Positions 40,721 through 50,183 of a DNA stretch of 64,000 nucleotides are shown piece by piece. The translations under genes were made by a program, and so were the position numbers. Positions within the stretch are counted from its first letter, which is position 1. Each line of letters opens with the position of its first letter. The notes under the pieces were generated by a model. That model was not told where the DNA came from, made no database searches, and saw only the letters and a list, made by a program, of their open reading frames with translations. The DNA comes from Gammaproteobacteria bacterium (lineage in GTDB: Bacteria > Pseudomonadota > Gammaproteobacteria > UBA4575): assembly GCA_965243395.1 (NCBI GenBank), contig CBDEUS010000002.1, forward strand, positions 544,001 to 608,000, in the 5' to 3' direction.

Positions 40721-41533
40721 TCAATGTTGGCACTGTACACAAAAAAAGCTGCTGCGTTGGCCGATAGTGCGAACTCTTATTGGACTTTTGCATACCGGGC
40801 ATGGCTTTCCGGTTTGTTTATAAACATTCAGCTGATTAGCAAAATAGCCGGGTTTACCCTCTTCGTTAACAAAATCACGTAATGTCGTACCTCCCGATTT
40901 AATCGCTTTGGTCAAAACTTCTTTTATACTGTTTGCAAGGGCTTCATAACGCTTTAATGAGATTCTTCCTGCCGCACGTTGCGGGTGTATACCGCTTAAA
41001 AATAATGATTCGCTAGCATATATATTTCCTACTCCCACTACAATATGACTATTCATAATAAAGTTTTTGACATTGATTTTTTTACCTTGGGCGAGACGGT
41101 GTAAATAAGCACCCGTAAAATCTTTACTTAATGGTTCAGGGCCAAGATTTTGCAACAAATCGTGCTGCAACGGATCTTTGTTTGTCCATAAGACAGCACC
41201 GAATCTTCTTGGGTCATGAAAGCGCAAAGTTTTTTTGCTTAATACAAAGTCAATATGGTCATGCTTGCGTGGTATAGCTTGATGATTAACCATACGCAAA
41301 CTTCCCGACATACCTAAATGAATGATTAAATGCCCCACATCAGTACAAAACAATAAATATTTTGCGCGACGCTTAATATTCTGTATTTTTTTACCTTGAA
41401 GCTTTTTTTTAAGGTTACGAGGAACAGGCCAGCGCAAGCTAGATTGCCGGATTACAACATCCTCAATTTTGTTATTTTTTACATGAGGCGTTATGCCACG
41501 CCGAGTAGTTTCTACTTCTGGTAGTTCAGGCAT
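40721..41533 (-). CDS. mutM: Formamidopyrimidine-DNA glycosylase
   Basis: MPELPEVE, HLGMSG, DPRRFG, GVGNIYASE, C-terminal C4 zinc finger. Confidence 0.98.
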   Translation of the reverse strand: MPELPEVETTRRGITPHVKNNKIEDVVIRQSSLRWPVPRNLKKKLQGKKIQNIKRRAKYLLFCTDVGHLIIHLGMSGSLRMVNHQAIPRKHDHIDFVLSKKTLRFHDPRRFGAVLWTNKDPLQHDLLQNLGPEPLSKDFTGAYLHRLAQGKKINVKNFIMNSHIVVGVGNIYASESLFLSGIHPQRAAGRISLKRYEALANSIKEVLTKAIKSGGTTLRDFVNEEGKPGYFANQLNVYKQTGKPCPVCKSPIRVRTIGQRSSFFCVQCQH

Positions 41534-41537
41534 CCCA

Positions 41538-42545
41538 TCAAGCTTGGTAGAAAGCTTCTATTTCGACTAACAAATTTTCTCTACACATGTCACCGAGTAG
41601 CAATGCACGCGGAGTGGTACTAGATAATCTTGCTGCAAGTACTTGCTTAATTTGATCAACATTTTCACGTCGGCGAATATAAACCTTCATATACAATAGA
41701 TCATCTTGAGCGTTTAACTGGGTATGATATTTATCATTTGCATGGGCTACTAAGGTCTCAACGTTATTAATGGCTTCATTGAGTTGTGCACAAACGTCGT
41801 TGATATGTAAAGTTTCATGTCCAACAATGCTGGCAGTACCTGATACATAGAAATGCGTACGTTGTCCCCAGGTCTTTATCAAGCCACGCGAAAACAATGG
41901 TTGAGTATGCTGTTCTTCAACAGGATAGTTGTATGCGCTGGTCTGACGAGGATTTTCTACTGCGGTTCCGGGAGTGTCACTGGCTAAAAAATATATTTGG
42001 AATGTATTTTCATGATTTCCGATCACAGTCGCTGCAGGATAAACCTTGGTCTTGATGTTACATGCTTGCATGGCTAGTTTACGACCATGACAAAATGTTT
42101 CGTAGCGGTTTAACTGGGAATGCTGTGAATCTTTAGCGGTAATATCAGGAAAGAAATTCCAGGTACGTAATAAATGCTTGCAAGTCGTATTTTCTAAACA
42201 TTGGTAAATCTCGCAGTAGGCTTTTTGAGTTAAAGACTGCAAACAAGTTTTGCTTGAGCAGGCTAATTCAATAAACCCAAACAACATTTGAGGTGTGTGC
42301 GCATAACGAATGTTTTGATAGCGATCTTGTGATACTTGCTGATCAGTAAACCAATATTGCGCAAACAAATTCGAACCTAAAAGTTCCAGTTCAGTTTGGA
42401 TGGATAAACAGTCTGGATGCAGACTTGCATTTTTGCCGAAATAAAGATGTGTCAGCAAAGCCTGTTGCTTAGGTAACACAGCCTTGTCTTCGCTTACCAC
42501 AATATCCAATGCTGCTTGATTAATATGGTTTATATCTACACTCAT
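41538..42545 (-). CDS. FkbO/Hyg5-family chorismatase (XanB2-like)
   Basis: LRTWNF, YETFCHGR, PAATVIG, ENPRQTSAYNYP, FSRG, VSGTASIVGHE, DMCRENLLVEIE. Confidence 0.85.
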   Translation of the reverse strand: MSVDINHINQAALDIVVSEDKAVLPKQQALLTHLYFGKNASLHPDCLSIQTELELLGSNLFAQYWFTDQQVSQDRYQNIRYAHTPQMLFGFIELACSSKTCLQSLTQKAYCEIYQCLENTTCKHLLRTWNFFPDITAKDSQHSQLNRYETFCHGRKLAMQACNIKTKVYPAATVIGNHENTFQIYFLASDTPGTAVENPRQTSAYNYPVEEQHTQPLFSRGLIKTWGQRTHFYVSGTASIVGHETLHINDVCAQLNEAINNVETLVAHANDKYHTQLNAQDDLLYMKVYIRRRENVDQIKQVLAARLSSTTPRALLLGDMCRENLLVEIEAFYQA

Positions 42546-42640
42546 TGAGTTACTGTAACGCGCTTACCGCGGTCTAGCTAGCAAACAAAATTAATTTAAA
42601 GATTAATTTAACCGATTAGTTTGAAACTAAGACAGTTAAA

Positions 42641-43996
42641 TCATGCGCGACGACGACGAATACCAATAAATACGCCAATAAACAGTGCCGTAAGCGGCAC
42701 AATTAATAAATAAGTGGCGGCAAGAGTAGCGATAGAGGTATTGCTAAATTCTATGGAAACATCAGGTGGCTGATAGGGTAATAAAGAAATACGTTGGTCA
42801 TCGTGGGCTAACCACTGCAATACACTTACAATTAATGTCAGATTTTCGCCGTGGCCGATATATGCATTCGCAGCGAAGTCGCTGTCACCCACGATTACAA
42901 TACGTTGCTTGTTGCGCTTATTTAGGGTGCGATGGAGACTCGCTGCCATCAGCAAAGGTCCTTCAGTATCACCTGCAGTACTATCAAACACCACGTTTTC
43001 GCCGCTAAGCACATCAGTTTCGGACCAAGCGCGAGGCAAAGAGTAAAACAATGGTTTGACCTGCCAATTATCTTGAATCTCAATTGCAATTCCTGATGCA
43101 AATGGGAATAAGGTTTGATTTTTTAAATTTTGGGTTATGGCGTGTTGTTGATATTCCACAACCGGAACAACAGCTGGATGTTTGATACCTAGAATAGAAC
43201 GTAATTCCTGATTTGCATCAATGATCGTGCCATCTATCCAACTTAAGCCAAGTTTGTTGGCTAAAGCGGCTAGAAGCTGCTGTTCAGCCACAGGGTCACT
43301 TAACCATAATAAATTTCCTCCGCTTTCAACATAATCTAAAATTAATTTTTCTTCGCCTTGCAATAATGCTGCTTGGGGTGCGGCTATGACTAATACTGAA
43401 ATGTTATCTGGAATAACTGTTGTTTGTAACAAGTTTAAATCTTGTACTTCTACTCCGCTGGTTTCTAATGTCTGTTTTAAAGTGCTGTAACCTTGGTTAT
43501 CTTCTGCAAAGGGGTTACGTTCGCCATGACCTGATAAAAATGCCACCCAAGGTTTGTCTTGTCTGGTTAAACGTTGTAGAGCATTAGTTATTTCACCTTC
43601 AGAAATAACATCTATAATTTCAAAACGACTTTGATAATCAATACGCATTTGATTGGCATTATGAAGATGTAGTTCTTTCGCAAGCTCAATATGTTTATCA
43701 ATATCAAGAAATTTAAAGTCGATATCCGGTTTGAATTTTAAATACTTATCAATTTGCCGTTTTATTGTATGACGCTCACTCGCCGCATTGCGTGTTAGGG
43801 CAGTCATCAATAACTCATCATTTACTTGTTGCAAAACTGTACGGCTTGTATCAGTCAGAGTGTTGCGATTATCGCGAGTCCAATCAAACACATAATGATA
43901 TTTTTGTGTTAACCAAGCACAGCAGCCTATGAAGGTTAGTAACAACACCAATTCCAACCACTTGCGAAGACGCTGTCGTGTAACTTTACCTTTCAT
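42641..43996 (-). CDS. GldG-family ABC transporter auxiliary protein
   Basis: DWTRDNRNTL, FLSGHGER, RIVIVGDSDF, N- and C-terminal TM helices. Confidence 0.85.
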   Translation of the reverse strand: MKGKVTRQRLRKWLELVLLLTFIGCCAWLTQKYHYVFDWTRDNRNTLTDTSRTVLQQVNDELLMTALTRNAASERHTIKRQIDKYLKFKPDIDFKFLDIDKHIELAKELHLHNANQMRIDYQSRFEIIDVISEGEITNALQRLTRQDKPWVAFLSGHGERNPFAEDNQGYSTLKQTLETSGVEVQDLNLLQTTVIPDNISVLVIAAPQAALLQGEEKLILDYVESGGNLLWLSDPVAEQQLLAALANKLGLSWIDGTIIDANQELRSILGIKHPAVVPVVEYQQHAITQNLKNQTLFPFASGIAIEIQDNWQVKPLFYSLPRAWSETDVLSGENVVFDSTAGDTEGPLLMAASLHRTLNKRNKQRIVIVGDSDFAANAYIGHGENLTLIVSVLQWLAHDDQRISLLPYQPPDVSIEFSNTSIATLAATYLLIVPLTALFIGVFIGIRRRRA

Positions 43997-44732
43997 TGTT
44001 GAGTCTTCTGATGCACAGGATTAAAAATAAAGCTATAAATAAGAGAAAGTAAGCTACATGCTGTGTATCAATTAAACCTGTTAATAAATTTGTTAAGTGT
44101 GGAAAATTAGATAAATAAAGAAATAACTCACTACTGCTTGCAGTAGCAGATCCAGACAAATACAGCATAACGAAAAGTAAGAACAAGCCTAGAATTGCTG
44201 CAGTAGCAATTATTGGCACACGTGTGAGATTAGCGATAAAAAGCGCTGCAGCACTAAACGAACTAATAAATAGTAAGACTGCTAAAAAAGCTGCTGCTGT
44301 TTTGCCATAGTCAATCGCAGTGAAGTAGCCCAATATCAATGCATAACCGCTGCATATCAGAGTAAATATAAAAGCTGAGATGGCCAAGGCAAAATATTTA
44401 CCCAACACAACTTGGGTAGCACTCACAGGGGCACTGTTTAATAATAAATGACTACCGGATTGGCGTTCTTCGGTGCTACTGCGTACCGCAAATAAAGGCA
44501 CTAATAAAATTCCAACTGCTCCTACCCAAAACATATAAGGAGCGATTACTAAATCAGTTAAGCCTGGGGCGCGTTCTAAACCTACCAGTTTGGCTTGCAT
44601 CTCGTTATAAAAAGTATTAAGCAGAATGAGTAACAGTAATCCCAATACCAATAACGCGACAGAAAACAATATCCATGCAATTGGCGAAACCCAAATGCGT
44701 TTTAATTCATTTTGTGTAATTGTCCAGATCAT
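43986..44732 (-). CDS. ABC-2 permease (GldF-like)
   Basis: SPIAW, EERQSGS, PVSATQVVLGKY, multiple TM helices. Confidence 0.88.
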   Translation of the reverse strand: MIWTITQNELKRIWVSPIAWILFSVALLVLGLLLLILLNTFYNEMQAKLVGLERAPGLTDLVIAPYMFWVGAVGILLVPLFAVRSSTEERQSGSHLLLNSAPVSATQVVLGKYFALAISAFIFTLICSGYALILGYFTAIDYGKTAAAFLAVLLFISSFSAAALFIANLTRVPIIATAAILGLFLLFVMLYLSGSATASSSELFLYLSNFPHLTNLLTGLIDTQHVAYFLLFIALFLILCIRRLNNER

Positions 44733-45655
44733 GTCGAATCACGCATCACAAGATCCAGAAATACCTGTTCCAAAGAACTACCAAGAGAACCTATTTCATA
44801 AAGTTGCCAGTCATTTTTTAGAGAACGTGTCTGTAACTGTTGAATAAATTCCATGTCACTATAACTGCAGATATATTTACCATACTGAGAGCAGCTTACG
44901 GATTCACAGCCTGGTAGCGCCTTTATGTCTTCGATAGGCGGGTTGCCATTAAAGCGTAATTTCACTCGTTTGCTTGAGCTTTGTTTTAGATTTTCAAGGG
45001 ATTGGTCAAGTAATAAATTTCCTTGATCAATAATCAACACTCTGTCACACGTTGTTTCAGCTTCATTAAGTAAATGTGTGGACAACAATACACTATGATT
45101 TTTTGATAACTTAGTTAATAAATCACGAATATCCTGCATTTGCACTGGATCCAAACCCACTGTTGGTTCATCAAGTATTACTAGAGCTGGGTTGTGAATA
45201 ATAGCTTGTGCAATACCTACACGCTGTTTATAACCTTTCGATAAATTTGCGATTAACTTTTTTTCAACTGAGGTTAAGCCACAAGTTTCTACAATTGATT
45301 GAATTTTATTTTTTATTTCATGTTTAGTAACACCATGAATACGTGCAGCAAATTGTAAATATTCATGTACGGTAAGCTCTCGATACAAAGGTGGAATATC
45401 TGGCAAATAACCTAAATTATATTTAGCTGATTTAGGTTGTTTAAAGATATTATGATCACAAATACACACATCACCTTTATCTGGGGTTAGGTTTCCAGAA
45501 ACAATATTTAAAGTAGTAGATTTACCAGCGCCATTAACACCCAGTAACGCTACAACTTCACCACGGCGAATTTCAAAATTGATATTTTCGATCGCTTTGT
45601 GACCATCAAAGCTATGCGATAAATTTTTTACAGACAACAATTTTTCTTGTGTCAT
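44729..45655 (-). CDS. ABC transporter ATP-binding protein (GldA-like)
   Basis: GVNGAGKST, LSKGYKQRVGIAQA, ILDEPTVGLDP. Confidence 0.93.
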   Translation of the reverse strand: MTQEKLLSVKNLSHSFDGHKAIENINFEIRRGEVVALLGVNGAGKSTTLNIVSGNLTPDKGDVCICDHNIFKQPKSAKYNLGYLPDIPPLYRELTVHEYLQFAARIHGVTKHEIKNKIQSIVETCGLTSVEKKLIANLSKGYKQRVGIAQAIIHNPALVILDEPTVGLDPVQMQDIRDLLTKLSKNHSVLLSTHLLNEAETTCDRVLIIDQGNLLLDQSLENLKQSSSKRVKLRFNGNPPIEDIKALPGCESVSCSQYGKYICSYSDMEFIQQLQTRSLKNDWQLYEIGSLGSSLEQVFLDLVMRDST

Positions 45656-45819
45656 TCCGCGATTCTATAATTGATTATAAGCAAGCGATGGATGGCTATA
45701 AGTAAAAGAACTTGTCGGCCGTTACAATAATATTGTGCATAACATATGTTTAATAGGATAACTTCCGGATTATACAAGCAACTGCATATTGTTATATTTT
45801 GCTTAATTGTTTTAGCGTA

Positions 45820-45832
45820 AATCAACTACTTA
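45820..45832 (+). promoter_or_regulatory. IHF consensus site
   Basis: AATCAACTACTTA fits WATCAANNNNTTR, with an AT-rich tract upstream. Confidence 0.45.
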
Positions 45833-45999
45833 GCAGCTAGTGCTACTTATCAAACATTACATATTGTCGGATATCCACATTGTGTGACCAGTAATCAACT
45901 CATCCTTGCCCAGTGCCTTGCCATAGACGTATGATTTATCTGCAAAAGGATGTTGTATACTTCATAAAATAATAACAATAATTACCTAGGATCAACTAC

Positions 46000-47178
46000 A
46001 TGTTTAACGGATTAGTCTCTTTACCCTGGTGGGGCTACATTGCTGTCACGCTGGTTCTCACGCATATCACAATTGTTTCGGTTACTTTATATCTACATCG
46101 TTGTCAGGCGCATTGCGCTTTAGAATTACATCCATTGCTATCACATTTTTTCCGTTTTTGGTTATGGGTGACAACTGGCATGGTGACAAAAGAATGGGTT
46201 GCGATACATCGTAAGCATCACGCCAAAACCGAAACAGAGGAAGACCCCCATAGCCCGTACACTAAAGGTATTGCTAAAGTTTTTTGGCAAGGAGCAGAGT
46301 TATATCAAAAAGAAGCTGAAAATGAGGAAACGCTAAGAAAGTATGGTCATGGCACACCCAATGATTGGCTTGAGCGTAATATCTATTCACGTTTTAGCTT
46401 TATTGGTTTAAGTATCAGCTTTGTTTTAAATGTAGTGTTATTCGGGCCTATCGGTTTAACCATTTGGGCAGTGCAAATGATGTGGATTCCTATCAACGCT
46501 GCTGGTGTGATCAATGGAATTGGCCATTATTGGGGTTATCGCAATTTTGAAACTGAAGACGGTTCTACCAATATTGTAAATCTTGGGTTCATTATTGGTG
46601 GCGAAGAACTTCATAATAATCATCATGCATATCCAAGTTCAGCAAAGTTTTCGAGCAAATGGTGGGAAATAGATTTAGGTTGGTTTTATATCCGCATGTT
46701 TAGTGCTTTAGGCTTGGCAAAAGTATTAAGACGTGCACCACAACCCACACGCGTGTTAAATAAAGACATTATCGATTTAGAAACTGCGAAAGCTATGGTT
46801 TCGAGTCAGTTACATATAATGGCTGAGTATGCGCAAAAAGTTACTTTGCCAACTTTTCATGCTGAATTGCCAAGTTTTGAAGGTCGCTATAAAAAATTAA
46901 TCAATCAAATGCGTACCGCTTTAGTGCGTGAAGACAGTCGCATGAAACCCTTACAGAGAGAATACTTACAAGAGCTTTTACAAAATAGCGAAGCATTGCA
47001 AACAGTCTACGAATTTCGTCGTAGACTCCAAGATCTCTGGAATGAAACGTATGCAAGTCACGAGCGTATGATTCAAGCAATCATCCAGTGGTGTAAAGAA
47101 GCTGAAGCAACGGGAATTAAGGTACTACAAGATTTTGCACAAAGCTTGCGAGGATACGCACTGCAACCTGCAGTGTAA
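46000..47178 (+). CDS. desA: Delta-9 fatty acid desaturase (DesA type)
   Basis: His boxes HRCQAH, HRKHH, HNNHH; C-terminal extension as in Pseudomonas DesA. Confidence 0.9.
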   Translation: MFNGLVSLPWWGYIAVTLVLTHITIVSVTLYLHRCQAHCALELHPLLSHFFRFWLWVTTGMVTKEWVAIHRKHHAKTETEEDPHSPYTKGIAKVFWQGAELYQKEAENEETLRKYGHGTPNDWLERNIYSRFSFIGLSISFVLNVVLFGPIGLTIWAVQMMWIPINAAGVINGIGHYWGYRNFETEDGSTNIVNLGFIIGGEELHNNHHAYPSSAKFSSKWWEIDLGWFYIRMFSALGLAKVLRRAPQPTRVLNKDIIDLETAKAMVSSQLHIMAEYAQKVTLPTFHAELPSFEGRYKKLINQMRTALVREDSRMKPLQREYLQELLQNSEALQTVYEFRRRLQDLWNETYASHERMIQAIIQWCKEAEATGIKVLQDFAQSLRGYALQPAV

Positions 47179-47196
47179 GGCTATTTGAAAATTAGC

Positions 47197-47364
47197 TTAT
47201 TTAATTTTCGCTTCTTTGTACATTACATGTTTGCGAACTACCGGATCATACTTTTTGATTTCAAGTTTTTCCGTCATGGTGCGTTTGTTTTTACTAGTTG
47301 TGTAGTAATGTCCAGTACCAGCACTTGAAACAAGTTTGATTTTTTCGCGAACTGACTTAGCCAT
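47197..47364 (-). CDS. rpmG: 50S ribosomal protein L33
   Basis: Hand-translated [55 protein letters not shown]; AGGA RBS; follows rpmB; absent from the ORF track. Confidence 0.97.
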   Translation of the reverse strand: MAKSVREKIKLVSSAGTGHYYTTSKNKRTMTEKLEIKKYDPVVRKHVMYKEAKIK

Positions 47365-47376
47365 GAGTTAAATCCT

Positions 47377-47613
47377 TTATACTTTGACACCGCGTTTGCG
47401 CACATCGGCAAGCACTTCATCGATACCTTTTTTATCAATAATGCGCATGCCTTTTGCTGACACACGCAGTTTTACCCACTTGTTTTCACTCTCCACCCAG
47501 AAACGGTGTGACTGAATATTAGGCATAAAACGACGACGTGTTTTATTATGGGCATGTGAAACGTTATTGCCTGCTTTAGGGCGTTTTCCGGTAACCTGGC
47601 ATACGCGAGACAT
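47377..47613 (-). CDS. rpmB: 50S ribosomal protein L28
   Basis: [12 protein letters not shown]...[18 protein letters not shown]. Confidence 0.98.
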   Translation of the reverse strand: MSRVCQVTGKRPKAGNNVSHAHNKTRRRFMPNIQSHRFWVESENKWVKLRVSAKGMRIIDKKGIDEVLADVRKRGVKV

Positions 47614-47740
47614 GTTATTTACTCAAAATCCTTGCAAATAGGGCGCGTGAAGATAACAGAATCACCATACTGGCTCAAGCCAAGACAGCTGGAAAACCAA
47701 GTTCTACCTACAAAAACCTAAAAACACGTATAGTTAAGCA

Positions 47741-48097
47741 ATGGACACAATATTTCTGCGGGATTTAGAGGTGGATGCCACTATCGGCATTTTTGAATGG
47801 GAAAAGCGCATCAAGCAAAAAGTGCGTATTGATCTTGAAATGGCCACCAATATTGCTAAGGCCGCGGCAAGTGACTCCATAGAGGATGCATTGGACTATA
47901 AGGCAATTTCTAAACGCATCATTCAGTTTGTTGAAGACAGCCGTTACGAATTGATCGAAACCTTGATCGAAAAGGTCGCTGAAATTCTCCTTCAGGAATT
48001 TAATATCCCTTGGGTGCGCGTTACGATCAGTAAGCCCGGCGCTGTTCGCGGTTCGCGCGATGTAGGTATTACCATAGAACGCGGTGAGCAAATCTAG
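47741..48097 (+). CDS. folB: Dihydroneopterin aldolase
   Basis: IGIFEWE, DALDY, LIETL, KPGAV, VGITIER. Confidence 0.95.
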   Translation: MDTIFLRDLEVDATIGIFEWEKRIKQKVRIDLEMATNIAKAAASDSIEDALDYKAISKRIIQFVEDSRYELIETLIEKVAEILLQEFNIPWVRVTISKPGAVRGSRDVGITIERGEQI

Positions 48098-48582
48098 TGG
48101 CTCGAGTGTATGTCAGCATCGGTAGTAATATCGAAACAGAAAAAAACATACTTTCGTCAATAAAAGCTTTACGAGAGCACTTTGGTGAGCTGGATGTATC
48201 TAATGTGTATGAAACTAAATCCGTTGGATTTGAAGGTGATAATTTTCATAATTTAGTGGTGGGGTTTGATACTGACAAGTCACCACTAAAAATTAGCCAA
48301 GTTTTAAAACAAATTGAATCAGATCAAGGTCGCACGCGAGCTAAAGAAAAATTTGAATCCCGAACTCTTGATCTAGATCAAATATTATATGGGGATTTGG
48401 TGATGCAAATGGAGGGTGTCAATGTGCCTCACCCGGATGTCATGCGTTACAACTTTGTACTCAAGCCCCTCGCCGAATTAGCCGGTGATGTACTACACCC
48501 CGAAGAAGAAAAAACGATTAATGAACTTTGGGAAGCGTTTGAAGAAAAAGAGGGAATGAAAATTGTGCAATATGAATTTTAA
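48097..48582 (+). CDS. folK: 2-amino-4-hydroxy-6-hydroxymethyldihydropteridine diphosphokinase
   Basis: SIGSNI, RTLDLD, PHP, FVLKPLAEL; follows folB. Confidence 0.93.
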   Translation: MARVYVSIGSNIETEKNILSSIKALREHFGELDVSNVYETKSVGFEGDNFHNLVVGFDTDKSPLKISQVLKQIESDQGRTRAKEKFESRTLDLDQILYGDLVMQMEGVNVPHPDVMRYNFVLKPLAELAGDVLHPEEEKTINELWEAFEEKEGMKIVQYEF

Positions 48583-48607
48583 GACAGTTATTGACCAATA
48601 GTGGACA

Positions 48608-49708
48608 TTAACTCGCTTCTATAAATTCTAGAATTTTTGACTGATACATTCTTACTGTACTTTCACCACGCTTGGCTGTTTTGTCAACATTGTATCGTGG
48701 TGACTTCATTCCTTTCTGAATTGCCTCGCACACATAGATATCTTCTTGCATAAAATCACCCGAGTTAAGTGGGTCATCAGATTTTTCAGAACCTGAGTAG
48801 AGCCAAGAAATTGCTGACCCAAGTAGCGATGAAGTTTTAGATGGCATAGCACGAGTACGCGTTTCAACAATACATTTTTCAGGAGACACAGGGATAACAT
48901 GAAAAGTACTCCATGTTGATTCAGACTCAGCTAATCCTAAGTTTGGGAATAACATAGGTACATAGGCACCTATTTTATCTTTAGGAATGTGATTGATGAC
49001 TGCCATCTCAGGATTATGTCCCTTGCTTAGCGGTTCATAGAACCAATAGTGTGGACCATCCCATCCGTACTTAGCATTTTTATGGTCATACATGTACAAA
49101 GTTTTTTGATGTAAGTATCGCAAGTGATAAACATCCATAAAGTTTTCTACAACAATTTTCCAATTGGCATTAATTTCATCACGAGTGCTGTATTCTGGAA
49201 ATTCTTGAAGTTTTTCTGGCTGATGGGGACCTAAGTGTGTTAGCACAGGATCAAAATAGTCACTCGCTTTTCCAATATCAGGGTCTACATGAACCCATAG
49301 CATGCTGCGCCAGACACTGACAGATGCAGGGTGCAGACAAATATTATCAATATCTAAATCTGCAAATTCATCGTTACGTTCTGGCACACCTTTTAATTGC
49401 CCATTTAAATCATAGGACCAGTGATGATAAGGGCATGTCATGAAATCGGAGAGCTTGCCTTTGCCGGTTACAAGGGGTGTACCGCGATGACGACAAATAT
49501 TATGAAAAGCTTTTAATTCTCCATTGTTGTTTATGACTAATATAGGATGATTACCTACTTGTACGGTTGTGTAATCTCCATGTTCCCTTACATCTTCCAT
49601 TAAGCCGGCAAATTGCCATGTCTTGGAAAACAGAAGTTCTTGTTCTTTGTCGAACCAGTCCTGCGATAAATATGCTTCTTTAGGCAATACAGGAACTTTA
49701 TTTTTCAT
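48608..49708 (-). CDS. Rieske non-heme iron oxygenase alpha subunit
   Basis: Rieske motif NICRHRG...CPYHHW; mononuclear Fe site NWK...ENFMDVYHLRYLH and QED. Confidence 0.9.
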   Translation of the reverse strand: MKNKVPVLPKEAYLSQDWFDKEQELLFSKTWQFAGLMEDVREHGDYTTVQVGNHPILVINNNGELKAFHNICRHRGTPLVTGKGKLSDFMTCPYHHWSYDLNGQLKGVPERNDEFADLDIDNICLHPASVSVWRSMLWVHVDPDIGKASDYFDPVLTHLGPHQPEKLQEFPEYSTRDEINANWKIVVENFMDVYHLRYLHQKTLYMYDHKNAKYGWDGPHYWFYEPLSKGHNPEMAVINHIPKDKIGAYVPMLFPNLGLAESESTWSTFHVIPVSPEKCIVETRTRAMPSKTSSLLGSAISWLYSGSEKSDDPLNSGDFMQEDIYVCEAIQKGMKSPRYNVDKTAKRGESTVRMYQSKILEFIEAS

Positions 49709-49956
49709 ATAAATTCCTCCACGAGAATATATGCACTCAATGCAAGCCAGGTGAAAACTATTATCCAGTATAAAATTGTATTCTGAGTTCGATGTATTGG
49801 CTCTATGAAATGAGTGGTGCCGGTAAATAAATCAGGAATAACCCAATATAAGAACAAAATTGCCCATATCCACTGATAGTTTGGATAAAGAACTACGGTT
49901 ATGTAGATCAGTATCAATCCAATTATGGTACGCCATTTAACATTCACTATAGTCAC
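49705..49956 (-). CDS. Small membrane protein (about 3 TM)
   Basis: 83-aa hydrophobic ORF whose stop overlaps the Rieske start (ATGA). Confidence 0.65.
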   Translation of the reverse strand: MTIVNVKWRTIIGLILIYITVVLYPNYQWIWAILFLYWVIPDLFTGTTHFIEPIHRTQNTILYWIIVFTWLALSAYILVEEFI

Positions 49957-50126
49957 AATCGGAAGTAATTAATGCTGAATAATTATGTCTGCTAGGTGTC
50001 GACAAAAATTTGTTCCTGCAAATTTTGTATTTCTAGAATCCATGTTAGTAGTAGCGGAATGATGATCTTTTGAAATGAAATTTCCAATCTATTCATTGTT
50101 TAACTTTATCAAACTTAATTCGGTTG

Positions 50127-50180
50127 CATCATCCATGATGGACATCATATTCGCCCATCCTTGGGCTCACTTCCATGCGC
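50127..50180 (-). promoter_or_regulatory. Three tandem CsrA/RsmA-type ANGGAN hairpins
   Basis: Minus strand CGC-AUGGAA-GUG, GCCC-AAGGAU-GGGC and CAUC-AUGGAU-GAUG immediately after the folM stop. Confidence 0.65.
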
Positions 50181-50183
50181 TCA

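Noticed and set aside
42641-45655. GldA/F/G-like genes as evidence of gliding motility
   Set aside because: This ABC type is widespread in non-gliding proteobacteria, and no other gliding or T9SS genes are present.
47180-47376. Apparent loss of rpmG after rpmB
   Set aside because: rpmG is intact at 47197..47364; it is only below the ORF-track length cutoff.
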